In this document: piece by piece, positions 28,472-37,592 of the stretch
How positions within the stretch are numbered: the first letter of the stretch is position 1
Layout: each line of letters starts with the position of its first letter
Assembly: GCA_050298595.1 (NCBI GenBank)
Contig: JBNKUM010000100.1
Coordinates: 124,237-188,236, forward strand
Direction of reading: 5' to 3'
Origin: Gammaproteobacteria bacterium
GTDB taxonomy: Bacteria > Pseudomonadota > Gammaproteobacteria > GCA-001735895
DNA length: 64,000 nt
The notes under the pieces: model-generated
Database searches by the model: none
Seen by the model: the letters and a program-made list of their open reading frames with translations, nothing else
What the model was told of the DNA's origin: nothing
Made by a program: the position numbers and the translations under genes

Positions 28472-29446
28472 CTAAAAAATAAAATCACCAACCGCTGCTT
28501 CACATCCTTCCCAGTTAATTTTAATATTTTTCGGGTCGAGCAATTCATCTTCGGGCGCTAGTAGATCAGGGAAGCCAGCCCATAGTTGTGGGCCATAGAA
28601 GTTTCCGGACTCTGCATCTTTATCCATACATGCACGGATAATACCTAATGCTCCGTCTTCAGCAGTTTGAGCATTTTCCATAATAGGGCTATTGACATCC
28701 ATTCCTCCTCTATCGGCGGTGGTAAACCGTAAGTTGGTCAAGGCAAGGCCAGGGTGGGCTAAAAGCACTTTGATATGAGTTATATCATGCTCCTCTAATT
28801 TCTGTTTTAATCCATAGGTAAACGCGCAATTGGCGAGTTTAGTCTGGTGGTAGCGCTCCCATCGAGGACCTGAAAAACTGGTGTTCTCTTCTTCAGTACC
28901 ATCTCCTCCCAAGTGACCACCATTTTTCCCGAAGTATCTTATCTCTAGTGGCCCCCCTGTTCGAGCCATAGATGACTGATTCACTACACGAGACTCGTGA
29001 CTATTTTTTAACAGAGGAAATAAATCCTTTGTTAACAGAAAGTGAGAAAGACAATTTGTTTGCATCTGGATATCGTAGCCATCCCTGGTAGCCAGATCTT
29101 CTAATGCCATCACGCCGGCGTTATTACACAAAACGTCCAGAGAGTCATAGCTTGATTTTATCTCGGTGATGGCATTCCTGACGCTTGCAAAATCCTGTAG
29201 ATCACAGTTAATGGCGAAAAACTTCCCCTGTGGAACTTCGTCCTTCAGGAGTTTGAGTGATGCAGTAGAACGTTCACTTTCACGATTCAAAAGTAACACT
29301 GTTCCGCCCAGTTTGGCGATCTCCCTGGCGCACACAAAACCCGTTCCACTGGTTGTCCCTGTTATCGCGACAACCTTGTTTGTCATATCTTGAGTGTGAT
29401 TTTCAATTACTTTATCTAAATGAAGAGTTTTGATTGTGCTGGTCAT
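28472..29446 (-). CDS. Short-chain dehydrogenase/reductase (WWOX/retinol DH-like)
   Basis: TGTTSGTG, NNAGVM, YHQTKLAN, HPG. Confidence 0.9.
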   Translation of the reverse strand: MTSTIKTLHLDKVIENHTQDMTNKVVAITGTTSGTGFVCAREIAKLGGTVLLLNRESERSTASLKLLKDEVPQGKFFAINCDLQDFASVRNAITEIKSSYDSLDVLCNNAGVMALEDLATRDGYDIQMQTNCLSHFLLTKDLFPLLKNSHESRVVNQSSMARTGGPLEIRYFGKNGGHLGGDGTEEENTSFSGPRWERYHQTKLANCAFTYGLKQKLEEHDITHIKVLLAHPGLALTNLRFTTADRGGMDVNSPIMENAQTAEDGALGIIRACMDKDAESGNFYGPQLWAGFPDLLAPEDELLDPKNIKINWEGCEAAVGDFIF

Positions 29447-29627
29447 GCTATGAGTTCTCCTGGCTGAAAGTATTTAAATCTCTGATGTGAATCATTCCAT
29501 AGCAAACCTTGTTAATGAACACACAAAACTATAGGTTGCTTGCACAAAACTCTAAATTTGTAGATAAATAATCATATATGGTGCTATGATTTTGACATTA
29601 AAACAGACTCAAAAAGAGGAGAATATC

Positions 29628-30527
29628 ATGGGTATCTCATCCCGGGGAATGCAGGAGTTTAAGCATTTATTGGAAAAACATTCTCCTCAGGAAGGTGGGA
29701 ACCCGACTCTGGTTCCAAATTTGAAAACCTGGAAAATGTCCGAGCCCTATAAGCTGGTGCCACAGGTTTATGATCCCTGTATCTTTATAGGTGCACAGGG
29801 TAAGAAAAATATTTATCTGGATGGTAAACGCTATGACTACAATCCCGGTAATATCATGGCGCTGTTTGCACCTATGCCTCTCGAGTGTGAATTGATTGAA
29901 GCAAGTCCTGAAAATCCGTTATTGGTTGCAGTAATCCAGTTAGATCATAACCGTATTTCCCAAATGATTTTAAAAATGAAACAGGCGGTCCCTAAATTTA
30001 TTCAACAGGATACTACCGGTAACGTTTCAGGAATTTTTTCTGCTCCTCTTAAGCCGCGTTTACTGGATGTGATGATACGCCTGCTAAAAACACTGGATGA
30101 TCCAAATGAGGCTAGCATTTTAGGAGAGTCGATGATTGATGAAATCTATTTTCGCATTTTAAGTGATGAGCAGGGTGGAATGCTCAAATATCATCTACAA
30201 CAGCGCGGGCAAATTAATGAAATTTTAAGGACGGTCGAATATCTACACCAGAACCTTGATAAAAGTATCACTATCGATGATTTGGCTGATATCGTTAATA
30301 TGAGTAGCTCAGGTTTTCACAAAAAATTTAAGGAAGTGATGCATTTGTCTCCGATACAATTTGCCAAGTCCATCAAACTTAATAAAGCTCAAAGCTATAT
30401 TTTACAGGGCAAAAATGTGAGTGAGGCCGGATACCTGGTTGGCTACAATAGCTCAGCACAGTTTAGTCGAGAATATAAACGATTTTTTGGTGTGCCTCCG
30501 TCGGCAACAGTAAGTCTACTTAGCTGA
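29628..30527 (+). CDS. AraC-family regulator (AraC_N / YqhC-like)
   Basis: AQGKK N-domain; MSSSGFHKKFK..MHLSPIQF, VGYNSSAQFSREYKRFFG; divergent from the SDR. Confidence 0.92.
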   Translation: MGISSRGMQEFKHLLEKHSPQEGGNPTLVPNLKTWKMSEPYKLVPQVYDPCIFIGAQGKKNIYLDGKRYDYNPGNIMALFAPMPLECELIEASPENPLLVAVIQLDHNRISQMILKMKQAVPKFIQQDTTGNVSGIFSAPLKPRLLDVMIRLLKTLDDPNEASILGESMIDEIYFRILSDEQGGMLKYHLQQRGQINEILRTVEYLHQNLDKSITIDDLADIVNMSSSGFHKKFKEVMHLSPIQFAKSIKLNKAQSYILQGKNVSEAGYLVGYNSSAQFSREYKRFFGVPPSATVSLLS

Positions 30528-30607
30528 GTATCATTTAAACGCACTTCGTTTTCTGTATTTACAAGTGTTGCAGTGGCCGCAATTTGATATACCTATTGTG
30601 TTTCCTT

Positions 30608-30810
30608 AAAAAGCACAACGTATCCCTGAGTTGCTGACCCGAGTCGAAGTCCGCCAGATTATCTCAGCCTGCCATAACGCCTGGCATCGTACGATGTTGT
30701 TGACCTGTTATGGCTGCGGCTTGCGTGTGGGGGAGCTGGTGCAGTTGAAGGTTCAGCATATTAATGGTGATCGAGGCTTATTACGTATTGAGACGGGTAA
30801 AAGAGCCAAA
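30608..30810 (+). pseudogene. Tyrosine recombinase fragment (type usually paired with IS91-family transposases)
   Basis: QRIPELLTR.EV..I...C.N..HR..L.TCYGCGLRVGEL..LKV.HI.G.R.LLRIE.GK, truncated at both ends. Confidence 0.75.
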
Positions 30811-31042
30811 CAAGCATATTTGGCAGGCATATTTGGGACATCCATAAATTAAACATTAACAGATATAGATGAAATATGTATTTTAAAACCAAAGCGGATA
30901 ATGATCGGAGCTTCAAAAAGTGGGGGTTCTAAAAAGATTCTCGCTAGCGCACAATCCCTGGTGAAGAGGGCGATCAGAAAGGTGTATCTCATCCATTGGG
31001 TGAACCCATTAATGCTACAGGAATTTGTGAAAAATCCATGTT

Positions 31043-31059
31043 CAAGTGCGGATTCCAGG
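31043..31059. mobile_element. Solo right end of MITE family B
   Basis: CAAGTGCGGATTCCAGG followed by TTGAA. Confidence 0.55.
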
Positions 31060-31206
31060 TTGAATTGCGTATTCATAGGATTATGATAGCAATAGTAATT
31101 TCATGCTTAAACACTGTAGAAAGGTTTTCCCCCAATACTAAAATTTGTAAACTAAAATTCCCATGACACTGATAAATATAATAACGATTATTCAAGAGCA
31201 ATATTT

Positions 31207-32406
31207 GTGACTGGATCGAAATCAGGCCGCACGATTCTGTGTGCATGGGAAATGGGAGGCGAGCTAGGTCACTTAACTCGACTTGCTCTTCTGACAAAAG
31301 CATTGGAGAGTGACGGCCACCGAATAGTATTAGCGCTCAAGGATCTATCGCGCTGCTATCCCTTCTTTAAAGAGACACAGGCACAAATACTCCAGGCGCC
31401 CAATTGGCTTCTAAAATTAAAAATGCAACGCCCCATTGCTTGTCAAGCTGATGCCTTATTGCTTTCAGGCTATATTGATGCTGATGCGCTTTTTATGTTA
31501 ACTAAAGCATGGACGGCAATTGTTCAACTGGTTAAGCCAGACGTTATTATATTGGAGTACTCCCCGACAGCTCAGCTTGCGTTGCGCGATGAAACAGGAA
31601 TAAAAAAAATAATTATAGGCACGGGTTTTTCTACACCTGAAGCTGGCTATCCTATTACTGATTGGCGCTACCCAACTGTTAACGATAATTTAGTCGAAGA
31701 GCAAGAGCGAGTTGCGCTAAATCCAATCAATATTGTGCTAAAAAAACTGAATAAATCTCCTTTGAAAAAACTATCGGAGTTATGGCAAGTAGATAAATTG
31801 ATTCTTAATGAATTTCCCCCTTTTGATCTGTATCATAAATTACGCAGCAATGCGGTTTATTGTACAGCGCAAGATTCATCAAATACTCAAAAACCAATTG
31901 TTTTTCCAGATACCGGAAAAATGAAAATAATTGCCTACTTAAAGCCAGCATACCCAGGAATTGAGCAATTAATTAAGGCTCTTACATTAACTAATGCAGA
32001 CGTTTTTGTCGTTTGCCTTCTCGGCCCAGAAAAGGTTTTAAAATCCTACGAGAGTGATCATTTTAAATACACGACAGAACCAGTGAATATTACGCAAGGA
32101 TTTTCTCAGGCAGACCTGTTTATTGGTCATGGCAATGCAGGCACAGTTACAGAGGCGCTTATAGCGGGAATACCAACCATCGCTTTCCCACTTCAACAAG
32201 AGCAACTATTGATTGGTACGATACTTCAAGAACTTAATGTGGGACGGTTCATCCTGGATTTTGATGACTCTGAGACGCTTGCCAAACAGATCAACAGTGC
32301 CTTAGATGATAAAGAGTTACTAAGTCACGCTAAAGAATTTAAACAGGAATATAAAGAAAACCAATACACCGTAGCGAGTGCTGTAAAGAAATGTATTGAG
32401 GAGTAA
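31207..32406 (+). CDS. GT-B glycosyltransferase (GT1/UGT-like)
   Basis: AWEMGGELGH N-terminus; HGNAGTVTEALIAGIP...P...EQ signature. Confidence 0.85.
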   Translation: MTGSKSGRTILCAWEMGGELGHLTRLALLTKALESDGHRIVLALKDLSRCYPFFKETQAQILQAPNWLLKLKMQRPIACQADALLLSGYIDADALFMLTKAWTAIVQLVKPDVIILEYSPTAQLALRDETGIKKIIIGTGFSTPEAGYPITDWRYPTVNDNLVEEQERVALNPINIVLKKLNKSPLKKLSELWQVDKLILNEFPPFDLYHKLRSNAVYCTAQDSSNTQKPIVFPDTGKMKIIAYLKPAYPGIEQLIKALTLTNADVFVVCLLGPEKVLKSYESDHFKYTTEPVNITQGFSQADLFIGHGNAGTVTEALIAGIPTIAFPLQQEQLLIGTILQELNVGRFILDFDDSETLAKQINSALDDKELLSHAKEFKQEYKENQYTVASAVKKCIEE

Positions 32407-32556
32407 TTGTTTTGTTAAAGAACGGCCAAAAATACGGTGATGTTGTCGATGATCGACGCCAGATCCAGAGTTGATATATAAAAACACAACTCCGCCAGGC
32501 AGTGTTTAATTGCTGAATTGATCTGAGGTGGCAGAAAGGCACTAGTTCTATGTTGA

Positions 32557-32610
32557 AAGCTCGGTTCTGGCTCCCTGCTTCACCCTAACACCTACGTCCA
32601 TATAGGTGTT
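32557..32610 (-). repeat. Diverged copy of the GGA-hairpin repeat
   Basis: Minus strand CACCTAT-ATGGAC-GTAGGTG...AAGCAGGGAGC...GAGCTTT aligns with the 47-bp unit. Confidence 0.6.
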
Positions 32611-32696
32611 CACAATAGATGGCTATTATCCACACCTGTCATCTTGATCCGAAGCCTTTCACCTCGCCACACACGACTCGGGATTAATCAAATTGA

Positions 32697-34279
32697 TCAG
32701 AATTCGAATCGCACGCCAGCCACTACACTGTTATTACTCAAGTTGTCTCTATCCAACATAGCTTCATAGTAAAAAAATGCTGTTCTACCTTGAGTAAAAA
32801 CAGCTGAAACACCAAAGCCTAGATTGAAGAAATTTCGGTCCGGATCGTCAGTGCCGATTGAGAATCGTCCAGAAGCCGGGTCATTCAGAAAGCGGGCCGT
32901 GATATTGTGACTGTCATGTTCGAATTCGTGTGCCCACTCTAAACGGGCTTGGGGCATAAACACGCCATATTTTGTACTGACCGCATAAGAGGCTTGAACG
33001 CCGATCAATGTTGTCAGAGATTCAATGTTCTGTTTGTCATAACCCAGTTCTACACCGGAATTAGAATTTTCCTGAAAAGCATCAATCTCGGCCTTGATAT
33101 AATTAATACGAGCAAAAGGCCCTAAGTTCAAAGCGCCTCGATTAATTTCATAGGCGCCGCCAATGCTTAGAGCATACTCTGTACCATCGGTGTCACCTTG
33201 TGTAGAGACATCGGTAGTGCCGAATTTAATATGTCGCGTCATATCGAAGTTGTTTGTGCCATAGCTCAGGATGCCATCGATATACAAATTCTCTGATTGA
33301 TACCAGGAACCATAGGCTGAGAGAGAATAGCCTTTGATATCCTGGTCGCCACGAGTATTCTCGAAGTCCATTCCGGTTGAGACATAACCGAGGGCTCCAC
33401 CGAATACCAGTTCTTCCGATAGTCGATACCTGTGGAGATGCCTGCTGTTGAGAAATCAAAACCGAGTTCGTCGTTAGTGCTATCTCTGTCGCCGAAGCTA
33501 CCGCTACCGTTAATGAAAAATCCGAGTCTTCCCGTTGACTGAGACTCGTTCGCACTGGCACCGCCGCCTCGCATAGCGGAGCGCAGGGAAGCAAGGCCCT
33601 CTGTGAGCGATGGTTGACCGTCGAATTTCAGGCTCAGGCCACCGGTACTTGCACCAGTAACACCAGCGCGCAGTTGTTCGAGGCGAGAGGTGATGTTCAT
33701 GAACTGGTTGTGCTGAAGTTCGATGAAGTAATTGCCCTGGCTGGACAGTTGGCTGGGAACAAGTTGCTGAATAGCGCTCGCTCGTTCAGCCTCTGACGTC
33801 ATACATGCATCTAAAAGCGCGCCTTCAACGCTTTCGTTGTTACACAGGGTGTCAACCGCGGTTGCGACTCTTTGTTCATTGGCTGTCAATACGATGGGTA
33901 CTGGATTTGGAGTCTGTGCAGCTACCACGGTAACGGTTACGACTGCGCTGCCGCCATATCCAGAATCGTCGGTCGCCGTATAAGTAAATGTATCTGTACC
34001 GGTGAAGCTTTCGGAAGGTGGAGAATAAACCAGTCCATTCGAAGTTCCTGAAGTATTAATAGTACCGCCATTTGCAGATATCTGGTCATAATCGGATATT
34101 TGAACTATCTCATTATTAAGGTTATCCGAAGTATCGTTATCTAAAACAGGTATTTCGACAGAGCTTTGACCCTGGTTCATTGTAGCTGAGTCTGGTTCTA
34201 CAATAGCGTCCGCATAAACATAAGGTGTGATTGTTGCGACGGCAAGAAGAGCTGGAATAGATTTTTGATAGGTTTTCAC
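32697..34279 (-). pseudogene. Autotransporter (Ig/cadherin-like passenger + beta-barrel), frameshifted near 33417
   Basis: VLDND...Y.P...FTGTDTFTY passenger; barrel reads GIDYR in one frame and continues EELVFGGALGY...GVRFEF in another. Confidence 0.8.
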
Positions 34280-34432
34280 ATTAATTCCCTTTTATTAGGG
34301 GTTGCGTAAGAATTTTAAAGTATGTTCAGGAAAAAATTCTTTGTGGATCCCCGCATTATAAATTGATATGTGTCTTTATTTATATAAAAAACTATGGGCC
34401 CACAACGTGTCTGGAACACAAACAGCGCGTGC

Positions 34433-34476
34433 GGGGACCGCCAAACTGCGGCGGCCTCTTAATTGGATCATTATGC
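34433..34476 (+). other. Decayed attC-like site (right half)
   Basis: GGGGACCGCC-loop-GGCGGCCTC-TTAATTGGATC-ATTATGC (R' GTTATGC with G>A). Confidence 0.4.
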
Positions 34477-34496
34477 GCTATTAACTAGCAAGATGT

Positions 34497-34910
34497 ATGT
34501 TTGATATTCTAAGCAGAAGAAAGGGGTACAATTACCAATTTGGATTGCTGAACTCACAAAATGAAGGGAAAAGCTTTCGCATAGAAAAAAACTCGTGACT
34601 ACATGTTTGATAGTAATCAACCTGTCCTATTGGGATTTGGTATCCACCGAAAAAACAATAAGCCCTTTAACTTAAAGTTGGTGCATATAATACCAGGGGA
34701 ACCTGCTGGCATTGAGAATATGCCAGAAGAATGGGAGTTAACGCAGTCTAAAACTGGATACACTATCTCATGGCTGGATGAAACGCTAACTGAAAGTAAA
34801 TTAAAGTTGATCGGACTATCTCCCAATGATCCGCCTGGTGAATATGAATTAATGGTGTACATAGAAGGCGCATTATCTAAAACATTATTTATACAGTACG
34901 CGCATAGTTT
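34497..34910 (+). pseudogene. Probable decayed cassette gene (hypothetical protein), frameshift in an A7 run near 34585
   Basis: Removing one A joins ATG 34497 to ORF 34603; GCATAGT at 34902 resembles the expected R'' GCATAAC. Confidence 0.4.
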
Positions 34911-34934
34911 GGTGTTTAAGGTCCGGATTAGGTC

Positions 34935-35105
34935 CAGGCCGTGTGAAAACTATTTTCTATTTTTTTAAGTGGAATATGTGGGCTTATATAGAATCAATTT
35001 CGTATGATTTGCGGTAATTGAGTTCTAAATAATTCTGAAAAGTTACCCCGTAGTGGGGAATATTTTTTGGTGTCATCAGTTTGAAGCGAGTTTTCGCACA
35101 GCCTG
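34935..35105. mobile_element. MITE family A copy 1 (IS1182-type ends)
   Basis: TIRs CAGGCCGTGTGAAAAC / GTTTTCGCACAGCCTG; GGTC on both sides; internally homologous to 36653-36822. Confidence 0.88.
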
Positions 35106-35210
35106 GGTCGTCAGTAGTCATTTAAGGTCGGCAAGTGAATGACTCCTTCCTGGAAGCGGTCATTCCGGGTTAATGAGTGATTGTCTCTGGTGTGTCAGGA
35201 GCGCTCATTG
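35106..35210. repeat. Cluster of degenerate short palindromes
   Basis: GAATGACTCC-TTCCTGGAA-GCGGTCATTC and neighbours; homologous to 24861-24980. Confidence 0.6.
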
Positions 35211-35571
35211 ATAATTTTATCTATGAATGAGAATATAATGAAATATAAGTCAATATTTGTGCGTGTCACATAATCAAGCTGTTGAACTAAAAAGAAAATT
35301 GGTCAGGTTATTTCAATAAAAACAATCAAAGGTTTTGAAATATCAGTTTAAAAAAAACAGAAAAAGGCATGCGGGTCTAATCATTATCAGGCAAGCTTTG
35401 AACAAAACGGTTTTCGGTAATAAAAAAGCGTTGGTGTATCGGATACCGTTAAAGAGAAACGGCTTACGAAACGAAACCCTTGATTTTATTCGTGTAGAGC
35501 GGTAGTTTTAGTAAATCGTAAAAAAAACCAAATACCATCCGTTCCAAGGGTCTGGGAAACATGCCAATTAG

Positions 35572-35661
35572 CGGTTATAAGGGCCTTCAAAGGACTCGCG
35601 GCACTGTTGGTGCCGCTTCGGTGAGAGCTGTGGCGCTCGCCTTTGAGGCAAAACGTTAGGC
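35572..35661 (+). other. attC site with decayed R''
   Basis: GCCTTCAAAGG / CCTTTGAGGC L boxes with one extrahelical base; R' GTTAGGC at 35655-35661. Confidence 0.7.
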
Positions 35662-35689
35662 AATAAACAATAAACAATAAACAATAAAC
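35662..35689 (+). repeat. AATAAAC x4 tandem repeat
   Basis: Four perfect 7-mers between R' and the cassette start. Confidence 0.9.
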
Positions 35690-35702
35690 AAGGGGCTATC
35701 CA

Positions 35703-36020
35703 TTGAAGGGCTATTTAATTCTGGAATTTACAATCGTGAATCTTCCTGAGTTCATGGAATATGTTGAGAAAATACCAGCTTATCTTCAAATGCATAAAGG
35801 TAAATATTTGGTCGAAGGTGTTACACCTGAAGTTATAGAAGGAGATTGGAATCCGAATACCATAGTAGTGTTGGAGTTTGATACAGTAGATAATGCTAAT
35901 CAATTTCTCTCAGATCCTGAAGTAAAAGAGTTGTTCAAGATTCGGCATAAAAATACTAAAAGCAATCTTATCTTGGTTAATGGAGGATCATGGAGAGATG
36001 AGGTTAATCAAAATGCCTAA
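35703..36020 (+). CDS. DUF1330 family protein (gene cassette)
   Basis: GYLI, H.GKYLV.G..PEVIEGDW.P..IVVLEF; stop codon lies inside R'' GCCTAAC. Confidence 0.85.
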   Translation: MKGYLILEFTIVNLPEFMEYVEKIPAYLQMHKGKYLVEGVTPEVIEGDWNPNTIVVLEFDTVDNANQFLSDPEVKELFKIRHKNTKSNLILVNGGSWRDEVNQNA

Positions 36021-36104
36021 CAAAAGCCTGATATTCGCCGCTATCGCGGCTGGGACCTCCACTCCGCTGGCGCAACGTTCCGGTCCCATAGGCTGGCGTT
36101 AGGC
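36015..36104 (+). other. Intact integron attC site
   Basis: GCCTAAC...GTTAGGC perfectly complementary R boxes; CCTGAT/ATAGG L boxes with extra G; internal TGGGACC/GGTCCCA stem. Confidence 0.88.
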
Positions 36105-36122
36105 AAGGCAAATGAGAAAACT

Positions 36123-36479
36123 ATGAAGATTGCTGTTGCTAGTCAAAATCGAAAAAATATTACAGAACATGCTGGCCGTTGCCGGAAGTTTTGGATTTTT
36201 ACTGCAGAGAATAATAAGGTTGTTGGCAAAGAACTTCTTGAGCTACCTAAGGAGCAGTCATTTCATGAGAGTTCCCCGCATGAATCTCATCCGCTTGATG
36301 ATATTGATGTATTGATAGCTGGCGATATGGGCCAGGGCCTATCAATGCGACTTAAACGTAAAGGTATCAAAGTCTTGATAACGAAGGAAATTGATCCAGA
36401 TAAAGCAGTTTTACTCTTTCTAAGCGGCTCATTAGAAACAAAGCAACCTAATCCGCATCATCACGGACACAATAAGTAG
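36123..36479 (+). CDS. NifB/NifX (dinitrogenase FeMo-cofactor binding) family protein (gene cassette)
   Basis: MKIAVAS....I..HAGRCRKF, DVLIAG.MG.GL..RL..KGI; His-rich tail. Confidence 0.85.
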   Translation: MKIAVASQNRKNITEHAGRCRKFWIFTAENNKVVGKELLELPKEQSFHESSPHESHPLDDIDVLIAGDMGQGLSMRLKRKGIKVLITKEIDPDKAVLLFLSGSLETKQPNPHHHGHNK

Positions 36480-36491
36480 TGATACTTATAA

Positions 36492-36579
36492 GCCTAACAA
36501 GGCAAACTCACTCAGACGTCAAAAAGCGCCGCTCGTTCCTCGTTATGCTTTTTGCCTCCGGTGATTTGCGGCTTTGAAA
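36492..36579 (+). other. attC site with lost R' box
   Basis: GCCTAAC-AAG-GCAAACTCAC...AAAAAGC...GCTTTTT...GTGATTTGC-GGC then TTTGAAA instead of GTTAGGC. Confidence 0.78.
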
Positions 36580-36627
36580 AACTTTGAAGACACCCAGGAA
36601 AAACTTTAAAACTTTGAAGACACCCAG
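36578..36627 (+). repeat. 20-bp direct repeat at the end of the cassette array
   Basis: AAAACTTTGAAGACACCCAG at 36578 and 36608. Confidence 0.8.
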
Positions 36628-36652
36628 CGATTGGAAAGGACCGCTTCGGGTT

Positions 36653-36822
36653 CAGGCTGTGTGAAAACTATTTTCCAATTTTTCAAGTGGAATATGAGGT
36701 CTTATATAGAATCAATTTCGTATAATTTGTGGTAATTGACCTCTAAATATTCCCGAAAAATTACCCCGTAGTGGGAAATATTTTTGGTGTCAGCAGTTTG
36801 AAGCGGGTTTTCACACAGCCTG
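36653..36822. mobile_element. MITE family A copy 2 (IS1182-type ends)
   Basis: Perfect 16-bp TIRs CAGGCTGTGTGAAAAC / GTTTTCACACAGCCTG; flanks GGTT / GGTC. Confidence 0.9.
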
Positions 36823-36950
36823 GGTCGATAGCCGCCAAACCAGCTAGAATAATGATAGTCGGCTTTGTAGATGAGTAATTACTGTCAGATTATGCTGCGC
36901 TCTAACATCAAATAGTAATAGCGAACGCTACACTGCGTTTGAGCGCTGCA

Positions 36951-37592
36951 TCAATCAATAATCAACACAATCAACTGCTGCGGTCCATGTATCCCATACG
37001 CCAGGGTCTGTTCGATATCAGCAGTTTTTGATGGCCCTGAAATCAATAAGGCATTAGTCGGCATCTGTTGTGCCCAGTTCTGTTCTACGACAGTCTGTGC
37101 GAAAGTCTCATATATGGTATCCGCTTTGACCAGAGCAATATGTACGGATGGCACTAATGACATGAGGCGTGGCTCGGCGGCATCTGGCCACAGGATCAGG
37201 CTGCCGGTTTCTGCGATAGCGCCTAGTGTGTTGGTAATAGCTACATCTACTTTTTGAAATAACTCAGCTTTCCAGCTTTCGATGGCTTGGTCGTATTCTC
37301 TAAACTGTAATGATTTATCAGCGCTGGATTTTAATAATCGAGCTTCTTCAGTTTCGCCGATCAATACATGAGTCAAACTGCGTTGAGGTAATTGCTGGTT
37401 AATCCAGTCTGTCCAGTTTTTGCCTTTCAGGTTGACGACTTCGGTATGTACTTCGGTCATGCATTTTGTAAAACGCTGTTCTTTTTCTTCCTGGGTCCAG
37501 CCGTAAGAGGGCAGGTAGCGTTCAGGGGGTGTGCTTTCTGGCTGACGGCTTTCGCGTAAACGGGCCAGGATAGATTCACGTGCATTACTCAT
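36951..37592 (-). CDS. lutC: Lactate utilization protein C (LutC/YkgG)
   Basis: AIAETGSL, PRLMSLVP.VHIA, ISGPSKTADIEQTLAYG.HGP. Confidence 0.92.
   Translation of the reverse strand: MSNARESILARLRESRQPESTPPERYLPSYGWTQEEKEQRFTKCMTEVHTEVVNLKGKNWTDWINQQLPQRSLTHVLIGETEEARLLKSSADKSLQFREYDQAIESWKAELFQKVDVAITNTLGAIAETGSLILWPDAAEPRLMSLVPSVHIALVKADTIYETFAQTVVEQNWAQQMPTNALLISGPSKTADIEQTLAYGIHGPQQLIVLIID

Noticed and set aside
30608-30852. Integron integrase for the nearby attC array
   Set aside because: Only ~65 codons survive, the motif style (TCYGCGLRV, HI.G.R.LLRIE.GK) fits IS91-associated recombinases better than IntI, and no attI is visible
34935-36822. Single composite transposon that inserted as one unit
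   Set aside because: Each MITE has its own flanking 4-bp duplication and the array extends left of MITE 1; only future mobilisation is proposed
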